Source: Minutocellus sp. GHC0000111 (taxonomy: Eukaryota). Taken from it: a stretch of DNA of 64,000 nucleotides. The position numbers were made by a program, and so were the translations under genes. Positions 39,760 through 50,484 of this stretch are shown here, in pieces. The notes beneath the pieces are model-generated. The model was given only the letters and a program-made list of their open reading frames with translations, made no database searches and had not been told where the DNA came from. How positions within the stretch are numbered: the first letter of the stretch is position 1; every line of letters begins with the position of its first letter. Location: the NCBI GenBank assembly GCA_977018835.1, contig OZ361256.1:5890001-5954000 (forward strand), written 5' to 3'.

Positions 39760-41196
39760 ATGATGGCGCGTGTCTTTCTATTCCTTCTCCTCTCGCTTTC
39801 GGGCCGGGCAACATCCTTCTCGGCCACTCCGACACCGCCCCGACCCCCCGCCGGCGGTTCTGGTCATGCGGGTGACGACGGGCAGCAGCTCCAACAAAGC
39901 GGAACACGTCTCAGGAATCCAACGACGAAAGAATCCATCGCCTTTACGGCCCGTATTAAAAAGTCTCGATCGGCCAAGGACGGAATCCGGGTCATCCTCG
40001 ATATCGAGGACACCTCGGGTTGTTTCCCAGATGTGTTCCAATACAGTGCTGCCATCAGCAAGTGCGCCAAGGAGAGGCAGGTGACGGCAGCTCTCAGCCT
40101 GCTCAAACGCATGGTCAATCAGGGCGTTGCCCCGGATGTGGTGGTGTTTGGGGCAGTTATTGATGCGTGCGCCAATGATGGGCAGTACAGAAGGGCAATA
40201 GTGTTCCTGAATGATATGGAAGAAACGTATGGCGTTCGACCGAATTTGACATGCTTCAATTCTGCAATAAGTGCATGCGAGAAGGCAGCGAAATGGGAAG
40301 AAGCTGTGAAGCTGTTGCGCGGAATGGCTCAAAAGAGAGTGGATCCGGACGTAATATCTTACAACGCAGCAATCAGCGCATGTGAAAAGTGTGCCGAGTG
40401 GGAAAGAGCTCTTGAATTCTTCAACGAGATGAAGGAAGTGGGCATTCGGCCTGATGTGTACTCGTACAGCTCGGCAATCAGTGCATGCGAAAAGGGAAGT
40501 CAGACCGATACTTCCCTATCGTTGTTTGCCGAGATGAAATCTGAAGGCATTCGGCCTGATGCAATAACTTACAACTCAGCCATAGCCGCCTGCGGAAAGG
40601 GAGGAGCTGATTACACTGATACTGCTCTTTCGTTGTTGGCCGAGATGAAGGCTGAGGGCATCCAACCGGATGATTATTCCTACAACTCAGCGATAACTTC
40701 ATGCGAGAAGGGCGGTGCTAAGTATACTGATACTGCCCTATCATTGTTCAATGAGATGAAAGAGGCTGGAGTCAAACCTGATGGGGTGACCTACACTACC
40801 ATCACAAAAGCTTGTTTCGACTCGTCTCGATATTCCGAGACCCTCGTGAAAGTAAGAGAGGCGGCCAATCTTGGTGTAGAAAATAATGGTCAGGCTATGT
40901 GCATCGGTATGTCAACTGAGAATGATCAGGCAAAGTGGGATCTCAACGATCTAACAGAGGCAACTGCATGCATGCTCCTCTCGGATGCACTGCTATCTGT
41001 TGCTACCGGCAATGGTGGGCCACCTCCAAACTTTCAAGATATTACTGTCGATACTGGCAAAGGACAAGTTCTCCGAGAGAAAGTCCCTGCATTCCTCAAC
41101 GACGTCGCTGGATTGGATATCACTGCCATCGAGGGGAGCGAGGGCAGATTCCTTATGGAGGCGGCATCTTTGGAGGAATGGGTGGCATCGGAATAG
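39760..41196 (+). CDS. Plastid-targeted PPR protein (8 P-type repeats) with a C-terminal Smr-like domain
   Basis: Signal ending in ATSF; repeats such as PDVISYNAAISACEK; C-terminal WDLNDLT...ITVDTGKG...LREKVPAFL. Confidence 0.88.
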   Translation: MMARVFLFLLLSLSGRATSFSATPTPPRPPAGGSGHAGDDGQQLQQSGTRLRNPTTKESIAFTARIKKSRSAKDGIRVILDIEDTSGCFPDVFQYSAAISKCAKERQVTAALSLLKRMVNQGVAPDVVVFGAVIDACANDGQYRRAIVFLNDMEETYGVRPNLTCFNSAISACEKAAKWEEAVKLLRGMAQKRVDPDVISYNAAISACEKCAEWERALEFFNEMKEVGIRPDVYSYSSAISACEKGSQTDTSLSLFAEMKSEGIRPDAITYNSAIAACGKGGADYTDTALSLLAEMKAEGIQPDDYSYNSAITSCEKGGAKYTDTALSLFNEMKEAGVKPDGVTYTTITKACFDSSRYSETLVKVREAANLGVENNGQAMCIGMSTENDQAKWDLNDLTEATACMLLSDALLSVATGNGGPPPNFQDITVDTGKGQVLREKVPAFLNDVAGLDITAIEGSEGRFLMEAASLEEWVASE

Positions 41197-41370
41197 TACA
41201 AAAAGTTCCAATCGCTACTTGAACAAAAACATTAAGAGAGGCGTCAGGTGCCCACAACCTGCCTTTCTAAATATAATATGTTAGCTATAGCAAATCATAT
41301 CAAAAATAATGTCTTATGCAGTATTGGTCTAAATGTTTTTGACTTATTTCGGTACTACCGACTCAATTTT

Positions 41371-41950
41371 TCAACGAATAATCGTTGGCAGTTCTTCATT
41401 GGCCAGATCTTCCGCTAGAAGTGATAATCGAAGGGCGGTGCTCGAGAGTAGTGAAGATGTAGATATCGATCGTGGAGGCGGATGCGAGGTGGACGGGGAA
41501 GAGCTACCTGAAGTTGTGGTAGATCGAGAGTGTTTCAATGATTGAATGTCTAAGCTCATAGTGGAGGATGCACGGCGAAGCCAGCTAGCTACTAGGCCTG
41601 TCAGTCTGCTTCTCCTCGCGGTTCTGAGGGTGAATAGTTTCTTCGGCAGCTCCGTTGCATGTTTGTGTTAGGCAAAAATGGGCATGTTCGAGGTCGTCCT
41701 GAAGCTCTTCGTTTTCTGCCTGAAGGGCATCAATTTGGTCCAATAGAAGGCGATTGTCGTGTTTCTCAGCTTCAATCTGCGCCAGCGCTGTGGCAAGGGG
41801 AAACTTGAGGTCCAGGACCTCTAGGGTCAGTGGTGATGGGTCCTCCTTGCTGCGCACGGTTTGGCGACCCTCTCTAGACGACATGCGCTGTGCGTCGGCA
41901 CTTTTGCCCATTCTCATGGCGAGAGTACATTGGGACGAAGAGTGCGGCAT
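41371..41950 (-). CDS. Small coiled-coil protein with a frame disruption at ~41600
   Basis: Coiled coil LLLDQIDALQAENEELQDDLEHA. After a frame switch the sequence continues as GLVASWLRRASSTMSLDIQ...EELPTIIR*. Confidence 0.4.
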
Positions 41951-42102
41951 GGTTGCAATGGTGCGGCTTGCTTATTAATTGAATAGCAGTAGGAATTTGT
42001 ACTACGCAGTTGAGTTAGTGTGGAAGTTTGCGATGCTTGTGCACTTGTGGCGTTGTGGGAAAAAGTGACACGTCGGTCTAATCATGAAGGCTGTTTCTGT
42101 TT

Positions 42103-42510
42103 TTACAATGAGACAATTGTCAAGATCCGGAAGTGCGAGGAGCTTCTCGGCCGAAGCAAGTGCTCAAAAGCTCGGCGTGGAATCACCTCCAATGGCCTTG
42201 GGGATGCCAAAGATCCTCGCATCCATATCATTCCACAAACCAGCCCATCGTCGGGACGGGTCCATTGAACGTCCGAGAACAGGAGGCACTGTCCCGATTC
42301 AGACCACACGGGCGATTCCAGCCAGTGGAAGTCGTATTGAGAACAATCTGCTACGACCTCAGCGGGTCCAGAAAAAAATTCAGCTGCTCGGCCTAATTCG
42401 TCGGCGTTTGGTGGTGGCAACGTCGAAGCAGCGTCGGCTGGCACAATGCATAGTGCAATAAGATTACAGACGAGAATGATTAGCGTACTTGACCCCATTG
42501 TTGCCGCCAC
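42103..42510 (-). pseudogene. Truncated SMP-30/gluconolactonase-like gene fragment
   Basis: Signal peptide followed by FHWLESPVWSESGQCLLFSDV (W.EGPVW...LLFSD first-blade motif); the rest of the beta-propeller is missing. Confidence 0.5.
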
Positions 42511-42678
42511 TACGTATCAAGTACCAGATCGACCCTTTGCCTCGTATCTTTTGACGAACTGACTGGGCGAGTCAGAAGCCGGGGAATTTTTTGTCCGCGA
42601 CTGTGGTATTTGCAAGCACCGCAAGCGAGCATGACCGAGCGATGCGGGGACGCGACCGCCACCATAGGCCTACCACCT

Positions 42679-42864
42679 CACAGCAATATCTGCCAGCCGG
42701 ATGACTCGCATACTCTTGGTCGCATTTTCGGTGGCCGGCCGGCGCGCGAAGCAACCGACCGGCGCGCCCAACACAGCACCATCTGCCAGCAGGATGACTC
42801 GCATACTTTTGGTCGCACTTTCGGTGGCCGGCCGGCGCGCGAAGCAACCGACCGGCGCGCCCAA
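42679..42864 (+). repeat. Two tandem copies of a 93-bp unit starting CACAGCA (terminal unit of the foldback element)
   Basis: Copies start at 42679 and 42772 and differ at a few positions. Confidence 0.9.
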
Positions 42865-45800
42865 CGCGAGCCACCATGGCGGCAAAAATTCAAATTGCCG
42901 CCGCTACGTGCAGAACGAAGGCGATATCTCGCGCTGGTGTGGGAGAATTACGGCACGAGACCAACCAGGTACTCCCGACATCCTGGTGATATTCCCGTTG
43001 GTCTCGATCCACAATTCTCCATGAGCAAAAAAAATAACGGCCGCAATCCCGCGGTCAACACCGCAGACAGAATTGCGGTGCAGGACGCCCTGGCTGAACT
43101 GCTCGTCCGTCTTCGCAGAAAGGAACTTCATTACTACAATTTCATCGGCAACAACAACGACTCCTTGATGAATGTGTTGGGATGCAGTCCCATCATGTAC
43201 GGCGCCGTCATGCACACTGCGGGCATCTTGCGTTTGAAGAAGAAGAAAAAACACGAAGACTGCGATGTGTTTTTTTGTGAGGACAGACAACCAGAATGGA
43301 TGGGATGAAATGGCATCAAGACACTGCCTTGCCGACGACGTTCAGCGAACCCCATACAAAAAGAGCATGTTTGTTCGCCTCGGTTCTATCAATCCTCGCG
43401 CAGCCGACGCTCTCCATGATGATGGATGGATGGCTTTCGACATGGTCACGGTCGAGCAACAACTTCGCCTCGAAATGCCGCCGCCGCGGCTCAATTTGAC
43501 GAAGGCATGTAATGCATTCCTCAAGTCGGTCGCACCACATGTGTCGGTGGGACATGCGGCGATGGACTACGAAATCAACAACAGGCAGATGTTGCTCGAG
43601 GCCCAGAAGTTCCCTGGTGGGCACAATGGCCAGGACGATGGGTGGGACAATGACGACGATGTTGGGACGGTGGGCACCCTGACCACGACGGAGGCCGGCG
43701 AGATCAGTGAGGACGATGACGACGAAGACGAGGACTATGTGCCCTGTTATGAGGAGGACGAAGCTGATGTTGCAAGAGAGGACGCTACACATGAAGCACA
43801 CATGCAGCAGTGGCTTTGAGAAGAGTCGTCAGAAGCACGGTGATGGCGAGCCAGAGATGGGAGCTGTCGATGATGCCGAGGATGACGATGCCCCTCACTT
43901 CCATTTCCTGAAAAAGGCCGGCATTGAGGCGGCCGACTCAGGTAAAATAAGGGCAGTGCTGGCAGAATGCTGGAGAGCTTTGTCTATTAACATTTCTGAT
44001 GGCAACAACAAGAAGAAACCAAGGACAACAGAGTTCATCCACCATAACACCTCCACCAAATGAACTCTCCTAGAGCACAATCGCGAGGAAGATGGCATGA
44101 CGGATGACGACATCAAAGAGCTCTGCAAAGCTTGCTCTAATTTGCTCTCCACACTCTTGACGCAATATATTCCAGGTTTCTGAAATGGTGCATGAAATGG
44201 GATGATGAGGCAAAGAAGGCTGTGAGAGAGCTTGAAGCATTGATTGCAAGTGCCCTCAAGCAAGCACGGGCAATCGGCGCAAAATTATTGCAATAATTTT
44301 GCGCCCGAGAGGAGGCAGATGGCATTGGGATAAGTTTATGCAACAATCAACCCGACAAAGGGACTTTTTGGTCTGGGAGACAAATGGGTGAGTTAAGAAG
44401 GACGTGATGTGTTTGTTTGGGTGTGCTATTTACTTTTTTGCTCAATCGCGATGCTGTTTGTAAAAGTTGGATTGTGCAATTCATTTGTTATTGTGTAGTA
44501 GTAGTGTAATTTCATTTTCTAATTTTATACATGCCCTGCTCCCATCTCTACATCCTCATCTCCATCGGTGGCCATCATGATCATTTGTTGGCGCTTGTCA
44601 TCAGTTTCTGCTTTAACAGCTTCGGTCCTTTTCCTTGTTCTTGCCACCCGAGAGTTTCGCTCCCGCCTCTCCTCGACCTTTGGATTGGATGCCCTCTCCT
44701 CAGCCTTGAACTGCGCCGTCTGTTGGGCCTCATGTCCCTTGACGCCCTGAGTCCGACGATCTTCCTTAACGCCCTCTTGGTGGGCTCGCTCTACAAACGA
44801 TTCGTCGAGCCAGCCAATAGATGCCGCCCCATCCATTCTTCACTAGCCAAATGTGTTGGTCCAAGATGTGATCTTCGAGTAAGTGCCACTTGGGCGTTGT
44901 GCTAATGCCGATTGCCCGTGCTTGCTTGAGGGCACTTGCAATCAATATGCTTCAAGCTCTCTCACAGCCTTCTTTGCCTCATCATCCCATTTCATGTGCC
45001 ATTTCAGAAACCTGGAATATATTGCGTCAAGAGTGTGGAGCAAATTAGAGCAAGCTTTGCAGAGCTCTTTGATGTCGTCATCCGTCATGCCATCTTCCTC
45101 GCGATTGTGCTCTAGGAGAGTTCATTTGGTGGAGGTGTTATGGTGGATGAACTCTGTTGTCCTTGGTTTCTTCTTGTTGTTGCCATCAGAAATGTTAATA
45201 GACAAAGCTCTCCAGCATTCTGCCAGCACTGCCCTTATTTTACCTGAGTCGGCCGCCTCAATGCCGGCCTTTTTCAGGAAATGGAAGTGAGGGGCATCGT
45301 CATCCTCGGCATCATCGACAGCTCCCATCTCTGGCTCGCCATCACCGTGCTTCTGACGACTCTTCTCAAAGCACTGCTGCATGTGTGCTTCATGTGTAGC
45401 GTCCTCTCTTGCAACATCAGCTTCGTCCTCCTCATAACAGGGCACATAGTCCTCGTCTTCGTCGTCATCGTCCTCACTGATCTCGCCGGCCTCCGTCGTG
45501 GTCAGGGTGCCCACCGTCCCAACATCGTCGTCATTGTCCCACCCATCGTCCTGGCCATTGTGCCCACCAGGGAACTTCTGGGCCTCGAGCAACATCTGCC
45601 TGTTGTTGATTTCGTAGTCCATCGCCGCATGTCCCACCGACACATGTGGTGCGACCGACTTGAGGAATGCATTACATGCCTTCGTCAAATTGAGCCGCGG
45701 CGGCGGCATTTCGAGGCGAAGTTGTTGCTCGACCGTGACCATGTCGAAAGCCATCCATCCATCATCATGGAGAGCGTCGGCTGCGCGAGGATTGATAGAA

Positions 45801-46416
45801 CCGAGGCGAACAAACATGCTCTTTTTGTATGGGGTTCGCTGAACGTCGTCGGCAAGGCAGTGTCTTGATGCCATTTCATCCCATCCATTCTGGTTGTCTG
45901 TCCTCACAAAAAAAAACACATCGCAGTCTTCGTGTTTTTTCTTCTTCTTCAAACGCAAGATGCCCGCAGTGTGCATGACGGCGCCGTACATGATGGGACT
46001 GCATCCCAACACATTCATCAAGGAGTCGTTGTTGTTGCCGATGAAATTGTAGTAATGAAGTTCCTTTCTGCGAAGACGGACGAGCAGTTCAGCCAGGGCG
46101 TCCTGCACCGCAATTCTGTCTGCGGTGTTGACCGCGGGATTGCGGCCGTTATTTTTTTTGCTCATGGAGAATTGTGGATCGAGACCAACGGGAATATCAC
46201 CAGGATGTCGGGAGTACCTGGTTGGTCTCGTGCCGTAATTCTCCCACACCAGCGCGAGATATCGCCTTCGTTCTGCACGTAGCGGCGGCAATTTGAATTT
46301 TTGCCGCCATGGTGGCTCGCGTTGGGCGCGCCGGTCGGTTGCTTCGCGCGCCGGCCGGCCACCGAAAGTGCGACCAAAAGTATGCGAGTCATCCTGCTGG
46401 CAGATGGTGCTGTGTT
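42770..46416. repeat. Long inverted repeat: arms 42770-44278 and 44907-46416 (~1.5 kb each), 628-bp spacer
   Basis: The arms are reverse complements with only a few indels and substitutions, and the same peptides appear on opposite strands in the ORF track. Confidence 0.97.
44525..46291 (-). pseudogene. Internally deleted, frameshifted RAG1/Transib/Chapaev-like transposase (partial mirror copy at ~42895-44278 on +)
   Basis: Reconstructed C-terminus ...ARAIGISTTPKWHLLEDHILDQ...GG(I)GWLDESFVERAHQEG matches the TPK.H.L..H...G...E...E..H motif. Termini are CACAGCA...TGCTGTG. The catalytic Asp core is not visible. Confidence 0.65.
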
Positions 46417-46614
46417 TGGGCCTTTACTTGCCGATTTGCCTTGATATTTCGGTGGATTCCCGGATCTTTGGATGGCTCTGCCCCTCTAATCTCAAAAAAC
46501 GATGGCGTCAGCGTTTTGCCTCCTGCACATGCATGATTTATGGACGAAATGAAAGTCAGGAAGTCAAGAGCGCACGCTACTTTGATATTGTTTCGCCTTT
46601 ATTTCCTTTATATT

Positions 46615-49600
46615 ATGATCATCAGCATCCCGCGCCCTTTGGGCGGTGGCTGCAGTGCAGCCGCCATCCTCGTGGCTTTGGTGATCGCCAGCGAAAGTGG
46701 CGGCTGCTCAGGCCCTCATTCTCTTCGTCGTCTGCCAACAGCAATAATTATGGCTCATGCGGGTCCTTCTTTGGCATAGTTGGCGTTGATGCCTTCACTC
46801 TCCCCACTTCACGAACCACTGCAACTCCTCTCTACTCCTCGTATTTGGATTCCATAACTGCCTCGGTAGTTCCCAGCAAGAAAAAATCGTACTCGCCATC
46901 CTCATCTTCAGGAGGCAAAAGTAACGCCGCCGCTGTAGCAGGTGACACGCCTCCGCCCAACTTTCGATCCTTTTCGTCTTCGGAACGGAACGAGCGCAAG
47001 CTAAGGGGCACGCTGGGTTCACTTCCCATCCGAGAGGATCATTTGCAGTCGTTGATTAGTGATGAGTGAGTAGTCGCAAGATAGATGTGCTTGTTTTGGT
47101 TGTCGGAAAAAAAATATTTATGCTCGAAGTTTTGTGTTCTCGTTGCTTATACTGAACGTCTTTGCGTTTCTACATTCGTAAATTCCCAGTATTGACTACG
47201 ACACTCCTGAGCTTGGCGACTTAAGCTCCAGTGGGGGCGGCGACGTTGAAGCGACGCTCGGCCGGCTGGTCGGCTCGGCACTCTCCTCAATCAACACGTA
47301 CCTGCCAGATGATGTATATTACGATGGTCGTTCTGACGACGGCGCGCTCTTGAGGGAGTGGATAAGCGATCCAACGAATGTCCGTGCTCTCGCTCGCCGT
47401 GCTCATTTCGACATTGCTCCTGGAAATTTTGGTGGCAACGGACTGCCTGACGACGATCGTCGTGGATTTGGAGACATTGCGGCCGAGGAACGCCAGATTG
47501 GAAAGTGGACATCTTGGATCACCGACCCTGCCGTGGCTTCAGCAATGGTCAACATGGCGCTGGATGATACTTTCACATATTATCCAGATGATTTCGTCGT
47601 CGGCGACATCCGTGACGAATACCAGGTTCTGACTTCTCTCGAAGACTATTTGACAGATCCAACTTCGGCCAGGGCTCTGGTTGCATCAGCTCTCGATGGC
47701 ATTCCCAGTGCACTTCCGGACGACTCGCCCTTTTCCCAGGAAAATGATGCCGCCACAGTACTTCGCAAGTGGCTAGATGCCGACCCCGATAATGCAAGGC
47801 GAGCTCTTGTCGGATTTGCTGCGAGTATGGATGATAAATTGGGCCTTCTCAGTGATGATATGGCTGCACATGCAGCCCTACCAGGATATGAATCTGTCGA
47901 TGAAGTCTTGAGACGATACAGAAATGATCCCACTACATTCCGAGGCCCCAACAGCAAGGCATCCAGGGCCTTTGCTGGAGATGGAGTCTCGACCGTTCTG
48001 AGTGACGATGCAGCCATCGGTGAGGAGCTCATGCAAAGCTTGAGCGCCTTTTTGGTGGATCCCACAAACGTCCAGAGACACGCTGGGTTTGGAGGCGGGC
48101 CCTCACTTAATCCGGACGATTCGAGTTATTTACCTGGATACGAAAACCTTTCTGATCTTCTTTCTAGATATGGTAACGATCCCACAACCATTGCAAAGGC
48201 GGCAAATTTCGGCGGGGCAGCAAGTGCAGCTCCGGATGATGGAAGTATCGGAGAAGCGCTCAAAGACATAGTTTCAGTTTGGTTGTCAGATCCTACAAAT
48301 GCCAATGCAGCCCTCCAAGAAATGGGCGTCGATGGAAGTGGATTGCTTCCAGATGATATTGAGTATTCGGCTGATGAAGCTGGTCTGTTGTGGCTTGAGA
48401 AGTACCTGACGGATGCCGATGGTCGGCTCAATCTCAGCCAGTGGCTGTCCACGGAGGGGAACTTGGAACGCATCCTTTCGGACACCCGATTCACCTTCCT
48501 TGCCGACGACGATGCACGAGACCTTGGCCATATGCCGGCTCAATCGCGTTGGGGGGGTAACGATCCAACAAACCCATCAGCGAAAAGGGATGCTTATGCC
48601 TCTGGTGTTGAAACGCCCAAGGGATTTTCGCTGTATTATGGCTCTGGCGCAAACATGAAGCGCGTATCCTCCGCCGGAAACGACAAGCTCGTCACCATGT
48701 TTCCAGATGACAAATTCTACTTGCCTGGATATGAATCGCCGAAAGATACCCTTGGACGATATGCTCTCGATCCCACGACGTTCCGGGCCAAGTCTAATGC
48801 AAATGGTTTGGAAACTCCCAAAAATTCGCTCTATTACGGAAGAAATTCCGCTGGAAATGCTTCGGCTGCTTTTTCTACAACTGGACTGGCCTCATCGCTT
48901 GCCAAGCAAGCCGATGGTAATCCAGGAGCGACATTCATGGCCGACGACGACGGGAGGGGCCTCAATTACATTCCCGCGCCTGGTCCTCAAGGAGAAGGGG
49001 CGTCTTCGCCAGTTAGTGCTGCCTCTACCGTCGCTGACGGAGGAATTGTTAACGACGCAATTGTTGGTGAGAAGCTCATGCAAAGCTTGAGCTCGTATTT
49101 GGCAGATCCGACAAACGTCCAGAGACTGGCTGGGTTCGGAGGTGGACCGACCATTAATGCCGATGATTCGAATTATCTACCAGGATATGAGAATATATCT
49201 GATCTTCTTTCTAGATATGGCAACGATCCCACAACCATTCGCAAAGCTGCTGCATTTGGTGGGGCAGCATGTGCTTTGCCGGATGATGGCAATATTGGAG
49301 AAGCGCTCAAAGATATTGTTGGCGCATGGCTAAGTGACCCCACGAACGCAGCTGCAGCGCTCCAAGATATGGGTGTACATGGAAATGGATTGCTTCCAGA
49401 TGATATTGAGAACTCTGCTGATGAAGCTGGTCTGTTGTGGATCGACAAGTTCCTGACGGATGCCGATGGTCGGCTCAATCTCAGCCAGTGGCTGTCCACG
49501 GAGGCGAATTTGGAAAGAATCCTTGCTGATGACAAATGGACCTTGGTACCTGACGACGATGCACGAGACCTTGGCCATATGTCGGCCCAATCGCGTTGGG

Positions 49601-50217
49601 GGGGTAACGATCCAACAAACCCATCAGCGAAAAGGGATGCTCATGCCTCGGGTGTTGAGACGCCCAAGGGATTTTCGCTGTATTATGGCTCTGGCGCAAA
49701 CATGAAGCGTATCTCCTCCGTCGGTAACGACAAACTCATCACCATGTTTCCAGATGACAAATTCTACTTGCCAGGCTACGAATCACCGAAGGACACCCTT
49801 GGAAGATATGCTTTCGATCCCACGACGTTCCGGGCCAAGTCGAACGGCTCTAGCGGATTGGAAACGCCCAAAAATTTGTTGTTTTACGGCAGAAATTCCG
49901 CTGAAAATGCTGTTGCTGCTGTTTCTGAAACTGGACCGGCCGCATCGCTTGCCAAGCAAGCCGATGGTAATCCAGGAGCGACATTCATGGCCGACGACGA
50001 CGGGAGGGGCCTCAATTACATTCCCGCGCCTGGTCCTCAAGGAGAAGGGGCGTCTTCGCCAGTTAGTGCTGCCTCTACCGTCGCTGACGGAGGAATTGAT
50101 GGCCACACACTCTATCCAGATTGCAGCGATTATGGCGCGTATGGCGATGCTTTAAAGCGAAGTCAGAGAGATGGAGGCCATTTTTACTATGGAAGACACG
50201 TGAGAGATGACTATTGA
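46615..50217 (+). CDS. Probable plastid-targeted repeat protein (~1150 aa) with ~20 DPT/xPDD units; frameshift at ~46714; intron 47066-47189
   Basis: Hydrophobic leader plus GVDAFT (ASAF-type) once one C is restored. A GTGAGT...CCCAG intron joins in frame to the 955-aa ORF. Confidence 0.7.
48003..50098 (+). repeat. Intragenic tandem duplication, period 1047-1050 bp
   Basis: CTCATGCAAAGCTTGAGC occurs at 48028 and 49075; 48893-49048 is identical to 49943-50098. Confidence 0.95.
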
Positions 50218-50484
50218 TTTGATACGGCGAACCCAAAAGTGAAATCACATCGCTTTGTCACTAGCTAGAAATTCCTACTCGCTCTCTGGCGGTCAGGGCA
50301 TGCCATGCCATGCCATGCATGGCGATTTTATTTATTGAATACTTCGTGTAAGTACAATATTTGATGTAGTTGTGTTTATTTAACGTTTAATTAATAGTAC
50401 AAGTACTCTCTAGAGTAGGGGACCCAATGACTTGTCGGAGGAGGATGTTTACACAAGGAGTTGTCGGTTGCAGCTCTTCTCTGT

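Noticed and set aside
42679..46420. Target-site duplication and RSS-like nonamer for the RAG-like element
   Set aside because: The flanks (CACCT versus TTTGG) do not match and no convincing nonamer was seen; only the CACAG start resembles the heptamer.
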